Of a DNA stretch of 64,000 nt, positions 23,601 to 35,696 are shown one piece after another (position 1 is the first letter of the stretch; the number at the start of each line of letters is the position of its first letter). The translations under genes were made by a program, and so were the position numbers. Source of the DNA: Zygnema circumcarinatum SAG 698-1b (taxonomy: Eukaryota > Plantae > Zygnematophyceae); contig CM074808.1 in assembly GCA_037447605.1 (NCBI GenBank), positions 248,001-312,000 of the forward strand, in the 5' to 3' direction. The notes under the pieces are model-generated. The model had not been told where the DNA came from. It saw only the letters and a program-made list of their open reading frames with translations, and made no database searches.

Positions 23601-25055
23601 TTTCCGTAAATGTCCTGTTGCATAGAACCGCACAGTTCCAGTCTCAGTTCAGTTGACTTTCCTTAGACACCTTGACTTTATCGGGTGTGCTCTCTCTCTG
23701 TCTTCCTCCCATTATCTCCCTCCCCTCTCCCAATTGCCGTAATTGTCTCTCTCTCTCTCTCCCTCTCTCTGCCTCTCCTTCACTCTTTCCTGCCCATCTC
23801 CCACCTCTCCCCACCTCCTCTTCCCCCCTCCCTCCCCCCCTCACCATATAAACATACATTGACATACGAATACTACAAGTAATTTTAAACAAAAAAAAAG
23901 GATATCCATATTCAAATAAGATCAGATTCAGAGATTGAGATTGAGATTATATAATAATAATTTTATGTATAATTTATTGAGATTCAAATAAAATCCGCAC
24001 CGCCGGAGCGCTGCCTTCCACGAACCCCCCTTCGGCGTATCTTGACCCGAGCGCGCAAACGAGCGAATCGCAGCCCTTCATCGCAACTTCCACCGCGAAA
24101 TCGTCCAATAGGGAGCCGACAGCTGTCACCAGCTTGCCTTCCACCTCTCCCCCACCCGTCTTCAGGCCAACTTCCTCAATCAGCTTCTGCTCCCACAAAA
24201 CAAAACAAGCAAATTAACTTGAATTAAATTTAAGAAAAAAATGATTGAAAACAAAAGCAGGAAAAGGTTGTTGTCTTCTTGGTGTTATACTCAATCATTT
24301 TTTTTCCTTTAATATCAAAAAAAAAAAAAGGGGAAAAAAATGCACCTCTGCCTTCTCGTCTGAGGTCACGAATGCAACCACTTTGTATCCCTTCTCCAAG
24401 AGCTGCTTCACAATTTTTTGTCCTGTTCTGCCGGTGGGGCCCGCCACGAAAACCGTACGTTTATACGTGCGCTGTTCCCGTTCAACGGATTCCGTTAATT
24501 CCTCTTCCATTTTCTTGCCCTGGAAGAGTCCGGAAAGGAAGTCCAAAAGGCCGCCAGCTGTCACGAACATTTAAAAAAAAAATGAAAAGAATGTGGCAGG
24601 GTTTCGGGTTTTTATTTGAGGCGTTGCTGGGCTTCGAAAGGTTGAGGGAAGGAGGGCGGAAGAGGGAGAGAGAAAGAAAGAGGGAGAAGGGGAGAGAGAG
24701 AGTGGGAGAGGGTAAGACAGAGAGGGAGGGAGAGGGGGAGAGAGAGAGAGAGAGTCTCACCAAAGCCTCCCCGTCCTCCCGTCTGCACCTCCACTGCACT
24801 CACGCAGACAAAGCCCTCCTCCCTCCTCCCTCCCCTCCTCTCTCTCTCTCTCCCTCTCCCCTCTCCCGCCGTTCCCCCCTTCTCCACCGCCTTCCCCCAG
24901 AAACCCCCCCCTCTCCTTGTCGCTCCGTTCCGTAACCCTGCGGCAACCTGCGACTTAGAACGGCGGCAGCTCTGACAGTTCTCCGTTGAACTGCGGGCGG
25001 AGAATGTCTCCCATGGAACCAGAGTTTGGCCGAGGCCCAATGCGGAGGTTGTCAT
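15716..25055 (-). CDS. Plastid NAD(P)-binding Rossmann (NmrA-like) protein with inserted CIA30 domain (HCF173/At4g18810-like family)
   Basis: Exons run from ATG 25055 (transit-peptide-like) through [106 protein letters not shown] and [15 protein letters not shown] to a last exon at 15716-15862. Five exons appear twice because of the duplication across the N-gap. Confidence 0.9.
15883..17906. repeat. (GACA/GATA)n compound microsatellite filling the last intron, with a 234-bp higher-order repeat
   Basis: About 2 kb of GACA variants; the marker AAGCAGAC recurs at 16253, 16487 and 16721 (234-bp period). Confidence 0.95.
18371..22066. repeat. Apparently exact 1843-bp direct duplication (18371-20213 = 20224-22066) across a 10-N gap
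   Basis: Identical ORF translations offset by 1853 bp, including the low-complexity tracts. Confidence 0.95.
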
Positions 25056-25949
25056 CTCTCTCCCTCTCCCTCTCCCTCTCCCTCTCCCTCTCCCTCTCCC
25101 TCTCCCTCTTCGACTCCCTCTCCTCGCCCTCTTCCTCTCCCCCTCTCACTCGCTCTCTTTCTCACTCTCCCCCCCTCACCGTTGCGGTTAGCTCTGCCCG
25201 AGGCGGGCAGGAAAACAATTTCTGAGAAATAAAGGATCATAAGGAAAAACTTTTGTTCCGGAAATTCTATCAATTACTAATTACAACAAATTTCTCACAA
25301 GGGACGGCTGCGATGTGTGCGTTGAGAATGGACGGTTCATATTTCATCTTTCTCAGATTGTATAAAATGTAATGTGAGACTTTCCTGCAGGATACTCATT
25401 TCGTTAAATATTTTTCTGTTGCCAGTCCGACGTTTTGAGCAAAAGAAAACGTCCAAAAATTTCTGATGGGCAGAGAATTATGTTTCATATTTCTTCTAGA
25501 CAACGCTATTTTCACACCTTTTTTGGCTAGATACACCATTTTTCTTCAGTTATTTCATTTCAAGGTTTTTACGGTATTAGGGATTTTTTTTTTAAAGTGT
25601 GTATGTATCTAGACCAAAAAGGTGTGTAAATAGTAAATTCCCAATCCTTTTTTTTTCTTTAATTTTGTTCGCTCGTTCTTTCGTTTCCTTTTTCTGCCCG
25701 TCGCATTCGTGTCTCGAAAACGACCACGTCGACACCTGATGACGCGGCGACCTCTGATTGGTTTTCTCTCCCACAACCGTGGAACTGCCGCCCAGCGCCA
25801 TAGACCCGCCGTCCCGTATGCGTTCAGTGTATCGCCACCCACAACGGCGATGCCAACGGAGGCATGGAGCCGCCGCAGCCAGCCAGCCAGGGTTCATTGA
25901 AGGGTTCAGCTTCTGTTGGTGTCATAGGGCTGTCACAACCACTAAGGAA

Positions 25950-26513
25950 AACTCTAACCCTGAACCCTGACTTTTAAACCCTAACCCTAAACCCTAACTT
26001 TTAAACCCTAATCCCTGAACCCCAACTTTTTAAAACTTTACACCTGAACCCTAACTTTAAACCCTGAACCCTGAACCCTAACTTTTAAACCCTAACCCTA
26101 CACCCTAACTTTTAAACCCTAATCCCTGAACCCCAACTTTTTAAAACTGTACACCTGAACCCTAACTTTAAACCCTGAACCCTGAACCCTAACTTTTAAA
26201 CCCTAACCCTACACCCTAACTTTTAAACCCTAATCCCTGAACCCCAACTTTTTAAAACTGTACACCTGAACCCCAACTTTTTAAAACTGTACACCTGAAC
26301 CCTAAACCAAGCCTAACCCTAACTTCAAATCCTGAACCCTAACCCTCACTTTAAACCCGGAACCCTAACCCTAACTTCAAACCCTAAACCAAGCCTAACT
26401 CCAACGTTAAACCCTAACCTTAAACCCTGAACCTCAAACCCTGTAACCCTAACCCCCCCTACCCTTAAACCTAAAACCCTAACCCTAAACCCTAAGTCTG
26501 ACCCTAAACCCTA
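25950..26513. repeat. Degenerate CCCTAAA/CCCTGAA telomere-like array with higher-order units, 3' of the F-box/kelch gene
   Basis: Directly visible; the unit acttttaaaccctaatccctgaaccccaactttttaaaac occurs three times. Confidence 0.85.
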
Positions 26514-27625
26514 ACTGGAACCACAGCCACCGCCTGCGCGTGCGCTGCGAACGTGTTGACGTAATGCCACGTCGGCGAGCGCTCGTTTTCGAACAAAGTC
26601 GCGGGGCCGAAGCGTTCGAGTACGTACTCCCCCGGCGGCCCTGAACCCTCCGCCGCCGCCGAGGACCCTAAAACCCTAACACCGGAAGAAGAGGAGGGGG
26701 AGGAGGAGGAGGGGGAGCGGTCCAGGACGAGCCCTCGCCGCTTCATTCCGGAGGACGGGCGGAGGCGGAGCAGCTCGGGCCCTGAGGCTGCCACGTGTGC
26801 GTCGCCTACAAAGCAGTCCAAATGTCGACATTTCCACGAATCTGGAAGAAAAAAGAAAGAATGGAATAAGGAGAAAAGGAAGGTTATGTTACGAGAGTTT
26901 GTGTTCTGTGTGTTTTTTTTGGTGCAGTTTACAGTTTTAGGGTTAGAACGATACGCAGTTCAGCAAGGAAGGGAGTGTGCGGAAGGGAAAGAAATGAAAA
27001 GAGAAGAGAAAGGAAGGGAAGGGAAGGAATCTGTCCTGACTTTTATTTTTTTAATTAATTTATGGTGTAAATTACAAATTTACCCTCGGCCATGGCTGGA
27101 AGTTCAGAGCCACTCTCGAAGTCCTCCCCACTCCACACGCGCCACATTTTCTCCTCTTCGTCTAAAAACAGAGCTCGCTTGAAACAAATCGCCCGTCTAC
27201 GTGACCTCGCCGGAGCTGCTCCACTGCATGTAGTTTAGGAATTGAAAAAGGGCGTTTAGGGTTTTAGGGCTGAGGTTAGGGTTAGGGTTAGGTTAGGGTT
27301 AGGGTTAGGATTAGGGTTAGGGTTGAGGTTAGGGTTAGGGTTAGGTTAAGGTTTCGGGTTTTTTTAAGTGAAGGGGGGGGGGGGGGGGNNNNNNNNNNGG
27401 GGGGGGGGGGGGGGAGAAGGAAGAAGAGAGAGAAAAAAAAGGGAGAGAGAGGGGCGGGGGGAACAACAGACGCCTGAACAGTTACCTCTCACATTACAGT
27501 GGTGGAGTTAGGGCCCAACAAACACAAAAAAACGAGAACCAAACAAGCAAATCACAAACACACATAGAAGAAGGGAAAGGCAAAGGGGCGACAGCAGGGA
27601 GCCTCTCCCTCTCCCTCTCTCTCTC

Positions 27626-27665
<40 letters not shown>

Positions 27666-28018
27666 TCTCTCTCTCTGTCTCTCACTCACGTGATGCAGAG
27701 GCGGTCACGGAGAACTGTGGAGTACGGCACGCATGGAACCGTGACGCAGTCCGTCCACGTGTCGCTGCGCGGCTCGTAACGGTACACGCCGCGGATCGGA
27801 GGGCCCAAAAGTGCAAAATTTTGCGCGTTGTGATCGATCACATAAAGCGCAGTGGACGTTGCATGAGCGGAACACTTTCCGGAAAACGGAACGTCTGCAT
27901 CACATGGACACACTCCCACCAAGCTTTCATGTGAAACAGCCCCTCTCCCTCTCCCTCTCCCTCTCCCTCNNNNNNNNNNCCCCTCTCCCTCCCTCTCCCT
28001 CTTCCTCTCTCTCTCTCT

Positions 28019-28053
<35 letters not shown>

Positions 28054-29263
28054 TCTCTCTCTCACGCTTCATCTCCCACATCTAATATCACCATTCACCA
28101 GCTCCCTCTTCTGACTGCAAAAACTCCAAAACATTCACACTAAGACGATTTACGTGTAACAGAAACTTCATGCGCCATGGAACTCCAAAAGAAAATTATT
28201 TTTTAGCCTAAAATCCTCCCACGCAGTTTCCATGCCGACTTCAGTTCTAGTTTCCGCTGACTGCGACGGACCTTTCACGGCGTTCCATGTCTCCGTTGAG
28301 GGGTTGAACGCTGCTGCCGACTGAAGCGGAAACTTTTCTCCGTTTGCTCCTACGGAGTATCCCCCAAATATGAAAATTTGGTTCTGAAAAACGGCGCAGC
28401 CACATGCAGCCGTTGGCCGTAACAGTGGCGCCGTTGAGGACCACTGAAATGTTAGAAAACTGAACACATAGACACTTGTCGTCGTAGCGTCGCCGACTCT
28501 AATGCGTGAAACAGAAAAAAAAAAAAACAAAAATTTAGAAAAGTTTAAAGATAAATAAGGGAGAGAGGGAGATGAGTGAAAAAGGCAAGAAGAAAAAATA
28601 GGGCTCGCTCGCTCGCAGCTCGTAATTTTTTTCACGTTTGAAACCAACAACCAATCGTTGGTTGAGTTCAGCCTTAAGCCTTATGAACAGAACTTCAAAA
28701 ACTAAAAAAAAAGAGGCTTAAAAACTAAACCTAAAGCCTAAAACAAACATAGGAAGTCTTGAAAAAAAAAAAAATTTTACCCATTATTGCCGGTTCCTCC
28801 TTCATTGAGTTTCCGACCCCCGATGAGATACAGGCAAGGTCCGAGCACAGCGCAAGAATAGTCCAATAGGAGGGCGCCACCTGGCAGACAGGGAAGCCGT
28901 AAAACGGCCTTTGTTCCAAGAGAGGCAACGCATCCTGGATAGCCCAAAATTACCTTTCTCTTTGGGTCTAAATTTTCGGCATTCAATCTAATTACTTTTC
29001 TGGTCCCATCGCCGGTTTCCATGCTCAGTTCCTCCTGCTTCGTAGAAGAAGGACATTTAAAAATTGAACTATCATCGGCTTCAAGGGTCGCATGTGAAGG
29101 GCTCTCCGTTGTAGGTGACGGTTTCAGTAACGAAACTGCCGGCGGTTTATATGGATGAAAAAGGAGGCAGATATGGTCCTCTAGAAGGTTTTCTTGGACT
29201 CGAACTCGATGAAACTCGTCGCTTCTTACTAGCTCGCGCCACTGCTTACATGTTGACAATAAT
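26504..29263 (-). CDS. F-box/kelch-repeat protein (5' exon(s) unresolved, probably reaching ~31000)
   Basis: In-frame GT-AG exons 29263-28781, 28498-28272, 27894-27690, 27223-27084, 26841-26504. F-box tail LSTCKQWRELVRSDEF; kelch blades CAVLGPCLYLIGG, CAVFQNQIFIFGG..FNPSTETW, YRYEPRSDTW. Confidence 0.85.
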
Positions 29264-29449
29264 CTGCAACACAAAAAAAAATCATTTTCAGACTCATATG
29301 CAAGAATGTGCATGCAATATTGAAATATATTATCTTTTGAAAACCAGAAATGATGTAATTGAAAGGGGGATGACTTGGAAGAGAATGAGGGAAGGCTTGG
29401 GGGCAGGGACAGGTTGAGAAGGGCATGTTAAAGCTGCCTGCTAAGTAAG

Positions 29450-30835
29450 GGCATGGCATGGCATGGCTCTGGATGAGATGACATGCATGGCATGGCATGG
29501 CTCTGGATGAGATGACATGCATGGCATGGCATGGCTCTGGATGAGATGACATGCATGGCATGGCATGGCTCTGGATGAGATGACATGCATGGCATGGCAT
29601 GGTCTGGATGAGATGACATGCATGGCATGGCATGGCTCTGGATGAGATGACATGCATGGCATGGCATGGCTCTGGATGAGATGACATGCATGGCATGGCA
29701 TGGCTCTGGATGAGATGACATGCATGGCATGGCATGGCTCTGGATGAGATGACATGCATGGCATGGCATGGCTCTGGATGAGATGACATGCATGGCATGG
29801 CATGGCTCTGGATGAGCATGCACATGACATGCATGGCTGGATGAGATGACATGCATGGCTCTGGATGAGATGACATGCATGGCATGGCATGGCTCTGATG
29901 AGATGATACATGCATGTACACATGGCATGGTTTCTGATGAGATGACATGCATGGTATGGCATGGTTTCTGATGAGATGACATGTACGGCATGGCATGGTT
30001 TCTGATGAGATGATATGTATGGTATGGCATGGCTCTGATGAGATGACATGTATGGTATGGCATGGCTTGATGAGATGACATGCATGGCATGGCATGGCTC
30101 TGGATGAGATGACATGCATGGCATGGCATGGCTCTGGATGAGATGACATGCATGGCATGGCATGGTCTGGATGAGATGACATGCATGGCATGGCATGGTC
30201 ATGGCATGCATAGCATGGCTCTGGATGAGATGACATGCATGGCATGGCATGGCTCTGGATGAGATGACATGCATGGCATGGCATGGCTCTGGATGAGATG
30301 ACATGCATGGCATGGCATGGCTCTGGATGAGATGACATGCATGGCATGGCATGGCTCTGGATGAGATGACATGTATGGTATGGTATGGTTTCTGGATGAG
30401 ATGATATGCATGGTATGGCATGGTTTGATGAGATGATATGCATGGTATGGCATGGTTTGATGAGATGACATGTATGGTATGGCATGGCTTGATGAGATGA
30501 CATGTATGGTATGGCATGGTTTCTGGATGAGATGACATGCATGGCATGGCATGGCTCTGGATGAGATGACATGCATGGCATGGCATGGCTCTGGATGAGA
30601 TGACATGGATGACATGCATGGCATGGCTCTGGATGATGACATGCATGGCATGGCATGAGATGACATGACAATGGCATGGCATGGCTCTGGATGAGATGAC
30701 ATGCATGGCATGAGATGACATGCATGGCATGGCATGGCTCTGGATGAGATGACATGCATGGCATGGCATGGCTCTGGATGAGATGACATGCATGGCATGG
30801 CATGGCTCTGGGTGATATGACATGCATGGCATGGG
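29450..30835. repeat. 34-bp minisatellite (CTCTGGATGAGATGACATGCATGGCATGGCATGG)n, about 40 copies
   Basis: Unit read directly; spurious ORFs in all three minus-strand frames show 34-aa periodicity. Confidence 0.95.
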
Positions 30836-31946
30836 ATATGTCAGTGATATAAATCGTTTAAAATTAGACATCAGTTAGGCCCTGCAGGACATGCAGGTGA
30901 CAATATGCATATGCATGCAGAACGCAATAGGCGAATGATCTCAAAACATAGCCACCGAAGAAAATATCCTCCCCCCTTTCCATTGCTCAGAAATAAACTT
31001 TGGTCTTTCCAGATTTTAATTTCGCATTTACTGCTTGTAGAATTTCAGGAACTTTTAGTTTTGAAGGTTCCGTATTTGACGACTCTACACCCTAAACCCT
31101 AAACCTGCATCCGTGAACCCAGCTTTCAGTCAACTTGACCTTGCAAGTATGCATTTCGAGGGTTCTGAAGCTGGAACTTCATCTGTAGTACAACCCTAAA
31201 AAAAAAGTGCAGGGGAAAAATACTCCTTTCAATGGTTTGATTTTACATCGTCAATTTCTTCGACTCTTTAACATTCTGTTTTACCTCTCTGCTTCAAATA
31301 TAGGCTTCAAATGAAGGCTTTTGGAAGAGGTGAGGAGAAGAAAGTAGCTTTCTTAAATTACAACGTGAATGACAGCTGGTATTTGATTGGAGTTTAGCGC
31401 TGCAGCTCACATTCTGTGAGAAGCGTAGGGCACGCGGACAAGGCACTGCAGAAGAAGAGCCTCCGGGAGGTGAGAGATGGGAGAGGGCTCGGCCGACATC
31501 ATCAGACTTCTCTCTCTCTCTCTCTCCCTCTCTCGTCCTCTCCCTCTCTATATCTCTCTCCCTCTTTCTCACCCTCCCTCTCTATCTCTCCCTCTCCCTC
31601 TCTCTCCCCCTCCCTCTCTATCTCTCTCTTCCCCGACCTCGCCGTCTCAACGGTTCCCCCCCTCCTCTCTCTCTCCCTCAATCACTTATTTGCCTCTGTT
31701 CTCTCAAATTGCTTCCTCACAGACAGATGTGCACCCACCAACGCGCTCCGGTTTTTAAAACTTAAAACAAATTTCTAGAACGCCGACGCCTTGGCGGAGA
31801 TCTTGCTTGAAATCTGAACTCTGCCTAGTACGAAGGAGAGAACAATTAGGGTTTCTACACGAAACCTATTTTCGCAGGTTCGAGCTTGATTTTTAGGGTT
31901 AAGGTTTCATTTGAAGGCGGTTTTTCCAGCATTGCTAAAAACCTTC

Positions 31947-34900
31947 ATGACCACCATGACACCATGTCCTTCTTCACGTATGAATGTTGCATGCATAACA
32001 TCTCTTCATTCCTCTCCCTCCCTTCCGCTCTCTCCCCCTACCTCTCTCTCGCCTCGCCTTATTCTCTCCCACTCATCTGCAAGTAGTAGGGCTTCCAAAG
32101 TTCAGACTTTAAATTTCAGGGACTCGAAAAAACGGTTTCAGTTGAAACAGCAGACGACAAGGCACACTCAGACCAAACTTGAGCAAAATTTGAATGAAAA
32201 AAATCGGAACAGATTCAGAGTACATGCGAGCAGTACTGAAAGTGAGGTGGAAAGCGAAAGTGAGGTGGAAAGCGAAAGGGAGGGAGTGAAGGCAGCAGCA
32301 ACTCCTGCAAGCATTTTGAGTTTTTTGTGTCCTTTACTAAAGCTTTTCTCTGTAAGTATATTACAGGGTCTCCTTGTTTAGAGTTTCTAAAGAACCCTAA
32401 AGACTCTAAACTAGGAACTGAAGATATTTCTTTCGTATTTAATAAAGCGCAACATGTCTGAAAAGCTCCCTAGATCTTGCAGAAACTCTCCCCTGTCTTG
32501 GTTAAGCAAAGAAGCTTAGCATTTCTTCATACAACAAATGAACCGTCTGTTGATGATTATGTTTAAATGTATTGTGGCATTTTCCTATCTCAAAAAATGA
32601 AAAAACAGGGAGGCGATGCAGCAGCACCACGAAACAGGTTTTTGGAGGTATGTATGCAGTCAGGGTAAAGAAAAAAATCTATATTCCCATACCATGTTTC
32701 CAGTTTTTCTGCCTGCATATCTCTGAATGCTTAATATGATTTTCAGAGTCTTACATTTTGTGGTTCGCAGAAATTGCATTTTTTGTAAAACTTAAAGGTC
32801 CTGTAAAGCGATTTCAATCTTCAAGTTGCAATGTACATATTTTTAGGCATTGAAGCCTTAGGGTTCAACGTTCTCCCCTTCATTTTCTTCATTTATTTTC
32901 ATTTTCTGCGCAGATTGGGTCAACGGGGCTGGCGAGCATGGCCCGCCTCCCTTGGGGCTCGCACGTGCGAACAGACCTAGAAAAGAAGGACCCCCCTAAG
33001 TTGCTGCAAATTTACGAATTTGGTACTTTCGATTCTTAGATTCCCTATTTTTTCTTAAGCTTTTCTTTATTGCATATTATGCCTCATCGATACTCTTGAT
33101 GTCTTTTACTTTTTTGCTTTTAATTTTTTCTTTTTCCCTTTTGGCAGAGGCCTGCCCATTTTGCCGGCGAGTCCGAGAAGCGTTGACCGAGTTGGACCTT
33201 TCCGCAGAGGTGTTTCCAGGAACCTTCCCCGGTTGAAAACCTAAAGCCAAAAATATGTATCTACATAAAGATATATATAATCTTCTAAAGATATTGTTTT
33301 TTGCATTTTTTTGTCTCTGATATTCTTGGTTGTGAGAGGCTTTTATGGTTTTCAAGTTGTTCAAACCCTCTCTCCACCTCCCTGTCCCTCACCTCTCTCC
33401 CTCTCTCCCTCCCTTCCTCCCTCCCTCCCACCCTCCCTCTCCCCCTTTCTCTTTTTTAATACTCCGCTGACAGTGTGAACCCAGAACTCTTTCCCCCCCT
33501 CCCTGTCCCTCACCTCCCTCCCTCGCTCCCTCCCTTCCTCCCTCCCTCACTCCCTCCCTCCCTCCCTCCCTTCCTCCCTCCCTCCCTCCCTCCNNNNNNN
33601 NNNCCTCCCTCCCTCCCTTTCTCTTTTTCAATACTCCGTTGACAGTCTTAACCCAGAACTCTCTCTCCCCCTCCCTCTCCCCCCCCCCCATTTTTTCCTA
33701 TTTCAGATCTACCCCTGCCCGAAGGACTCCGTTCGACACCGCTCCGTAGTGCAAACACTCGGTGGAAAGGATCAGTCAGTTTCCTCCCCTCCCTTCATAA
33801 TTTGCTACCGATCCTTTTTTTCCAATTTATCTTTTCTTGAGAAAGAAAACACTTATTGGTGAACCATGAATTCTTTTCTATTGCAGATTTCCTTTCCTTG
33901 TGGATCCCAACACTAACGTGAGCATGTATGAAAGTGGTGAGCTATTTCTGAAACCTAAACCTCCCTTAAATGCCGAAGAATGCTTAACTTAATGCTCCCT
34001 TAAATGCTTAACCATATAAGGATGAACCTGAACACAAAAATGGACGGAAGCGCTCGAATATAACAACAATAGAGAAAGTTGATCAGAACTTAGGCAAGTT
34101 TCCAGATCTTTCCATGCTCGGAAAACGCCAAATTTGAACGGGAAACTGAAAACGGAGCTACATGTGAACAGGGGACATTGTGAAGTATCTCTTTCAAACA
34201 TATGGCGGGGGATCGCTTCCGAGTCCAGGACTGCTTGAAAGGTAAGCGAAGAAAATCAAGTAGAATTTTCTCAGTTCTTTTCTTTTCTCCCCCTTTATTT
34301 AATATGTCCCAAAAAAGAGCTTGAAGGTGCATTTTTTGTCGTGTGTCCCCCACACTCTCACTCCCTTTCCCTCCGCCCTTTTCCCCCACTCCCACCCTCC
34401 CTCCCCGCCTCCCTCACTCCCCTCCTCGCTCCATCCCCGCCCGACCTCCATCCCATCCCCGTCCCTCCCTCCCTCCCTCCCTTCCCTGCTTCCCCCTTCC
34501 CTTCCCCCTCCCTTCGCCCCTCCCCTCCTTCTCTCTCTCCTTCCCACCCCCCTCCCTCCCTTTCTCCCTTCCTCCCTCCCCCCCACCTCCCCTCCCTTCT
34601 CCCCTCCCTTCCCCCCTCCCTTCCCTCTCTCCCTCCTTCCCTGCCCCCTCCCCTCCCTCTCTTCCTCCTTCCCTTCCCCCCTCCCTCCCTCTCTCCCTCC
34701 TTTCCTCCCCCCATCCCCTCCACCTCTCCCCCGCTTCCCTACCTCCCTCCCTCCTTCCCTCTCTCCCCCCCTCCCCTCCTTTCCCTCCCTTCTTCCCTCT
34801 CTCCCCTCCTCCCCTCCCTCTCTCCCTCCTTCCCTCCCCCCTTCCCNNNNNNNNNNCTTCCCTCCCCCCCCTCCCCTCCTCCCCTCCCTCTCTCCCTCCC

Positions 34901-35696
34901 TCCCTCTCTCCCTCTCTCCCTCCCTCCCTCCCTCCCTCCCTCCCCCACTTCCAGCACCCTGTTGACAGGGTGGGTGCCCACTCTCCTCCGCGCGGGTCGC
35001 GGCATGACCCGTTACGGCGCAGCGCGCATGGAACCGCCCGACCGTCCGTTGGAACTTTTCTCCTACGAGAACAATCAGGTGGACAAGTCTGGGCTTTAGG
35101 GTTTAGGGTTTAGGGCTTAGGGTTTAGGGTGTAGGGTGGAGGGTTTAGGGTGTAGGGTTTAGGGTTTAGGGCTGCAGGTCTGTAGGGCTCAAGGCTTAAG
35201 TACTTTTTGGCTTTTGGACATGAAACCTAAGTTGGGGCACAATTCATTTCCTTGTTTATTTAGTGTTTTTTTTTGTCCCCTCCCCACCTTTTGTTTTCTT
35301 TTTTTTTTTTTTTGGCAGTTTGCACGACTTGTGCGGGAGGCTCTGTGTGAGTTGGAAATTCCGTACATTCTTAAAAGCACTGGGAAGGGATCAGCCAATC
35401 GGGAGGCGCTTCGCCAGCTGGCAGGGTCTACCCAAGTAAGGATAGGAGGAAAAGGAAGGAAGGAGGGTTTTAGGGGCATCTTTCTTTTTAAATTTCGCCA
35501 AGGCTTCCTTTGACTGAAACTGAATCTGAACTGGAACTGAACTGAAACTGGGACTGAACGGTTTATTTTATTTTCTATGCAGGTTCCATATTTGGTGGAC
35601 CCCAACACCGGCATTGCGATGGCGGAATCGGAAGCAATTGTCGATTATCTATTTCGAAATTACGGCGGAAAAATCGCTGCCACAGTTTCCAGATGA
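31947..35696 (+). CDS. Plastid thioredoxin-fold protein with two GST N-terminal-like domains (At4g10000-like)
   Basis: Ten GT-AG exons: S/P-rich transit peptide, LCPLLKLFS|GGDAAAPRN, LASMARLPWGS, IYEFEACPFCRRVREALTELDL, YPCPKDSVRHR, FPFLVDPNT..MYESGDIVKYL, LELFSYENNQFARLVREALCELEIPY, VPYLVDPNTG..MAESEAIVDYL; stop at 35694-35696. Confidence 0.92.

Noticed and set aside
29229-30871. 532/476-aa His/Cys/Met-rich ORFs; CRISPR-like periodicity
   Set aside because: Translations of a 34-bp tandem minisatellite; no unique spacers, no cas genes, eukaryotic context.
33440-33690. Direct repeat (aatactccg.tgacagt....aacccagaactct) either side of the gap at 33594-33603
   Set aside because: Short diverged intronic tandem duplication at a scaffold gap; no evidence of function.
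34299-35113. Extensin-like Pro/Ser/Leu-rich ORFs (also 19126-19875, 39516-40761, 62922-63686)
   Set aside because: Translations of CT/CCT-rich intronic or UTR tracts.
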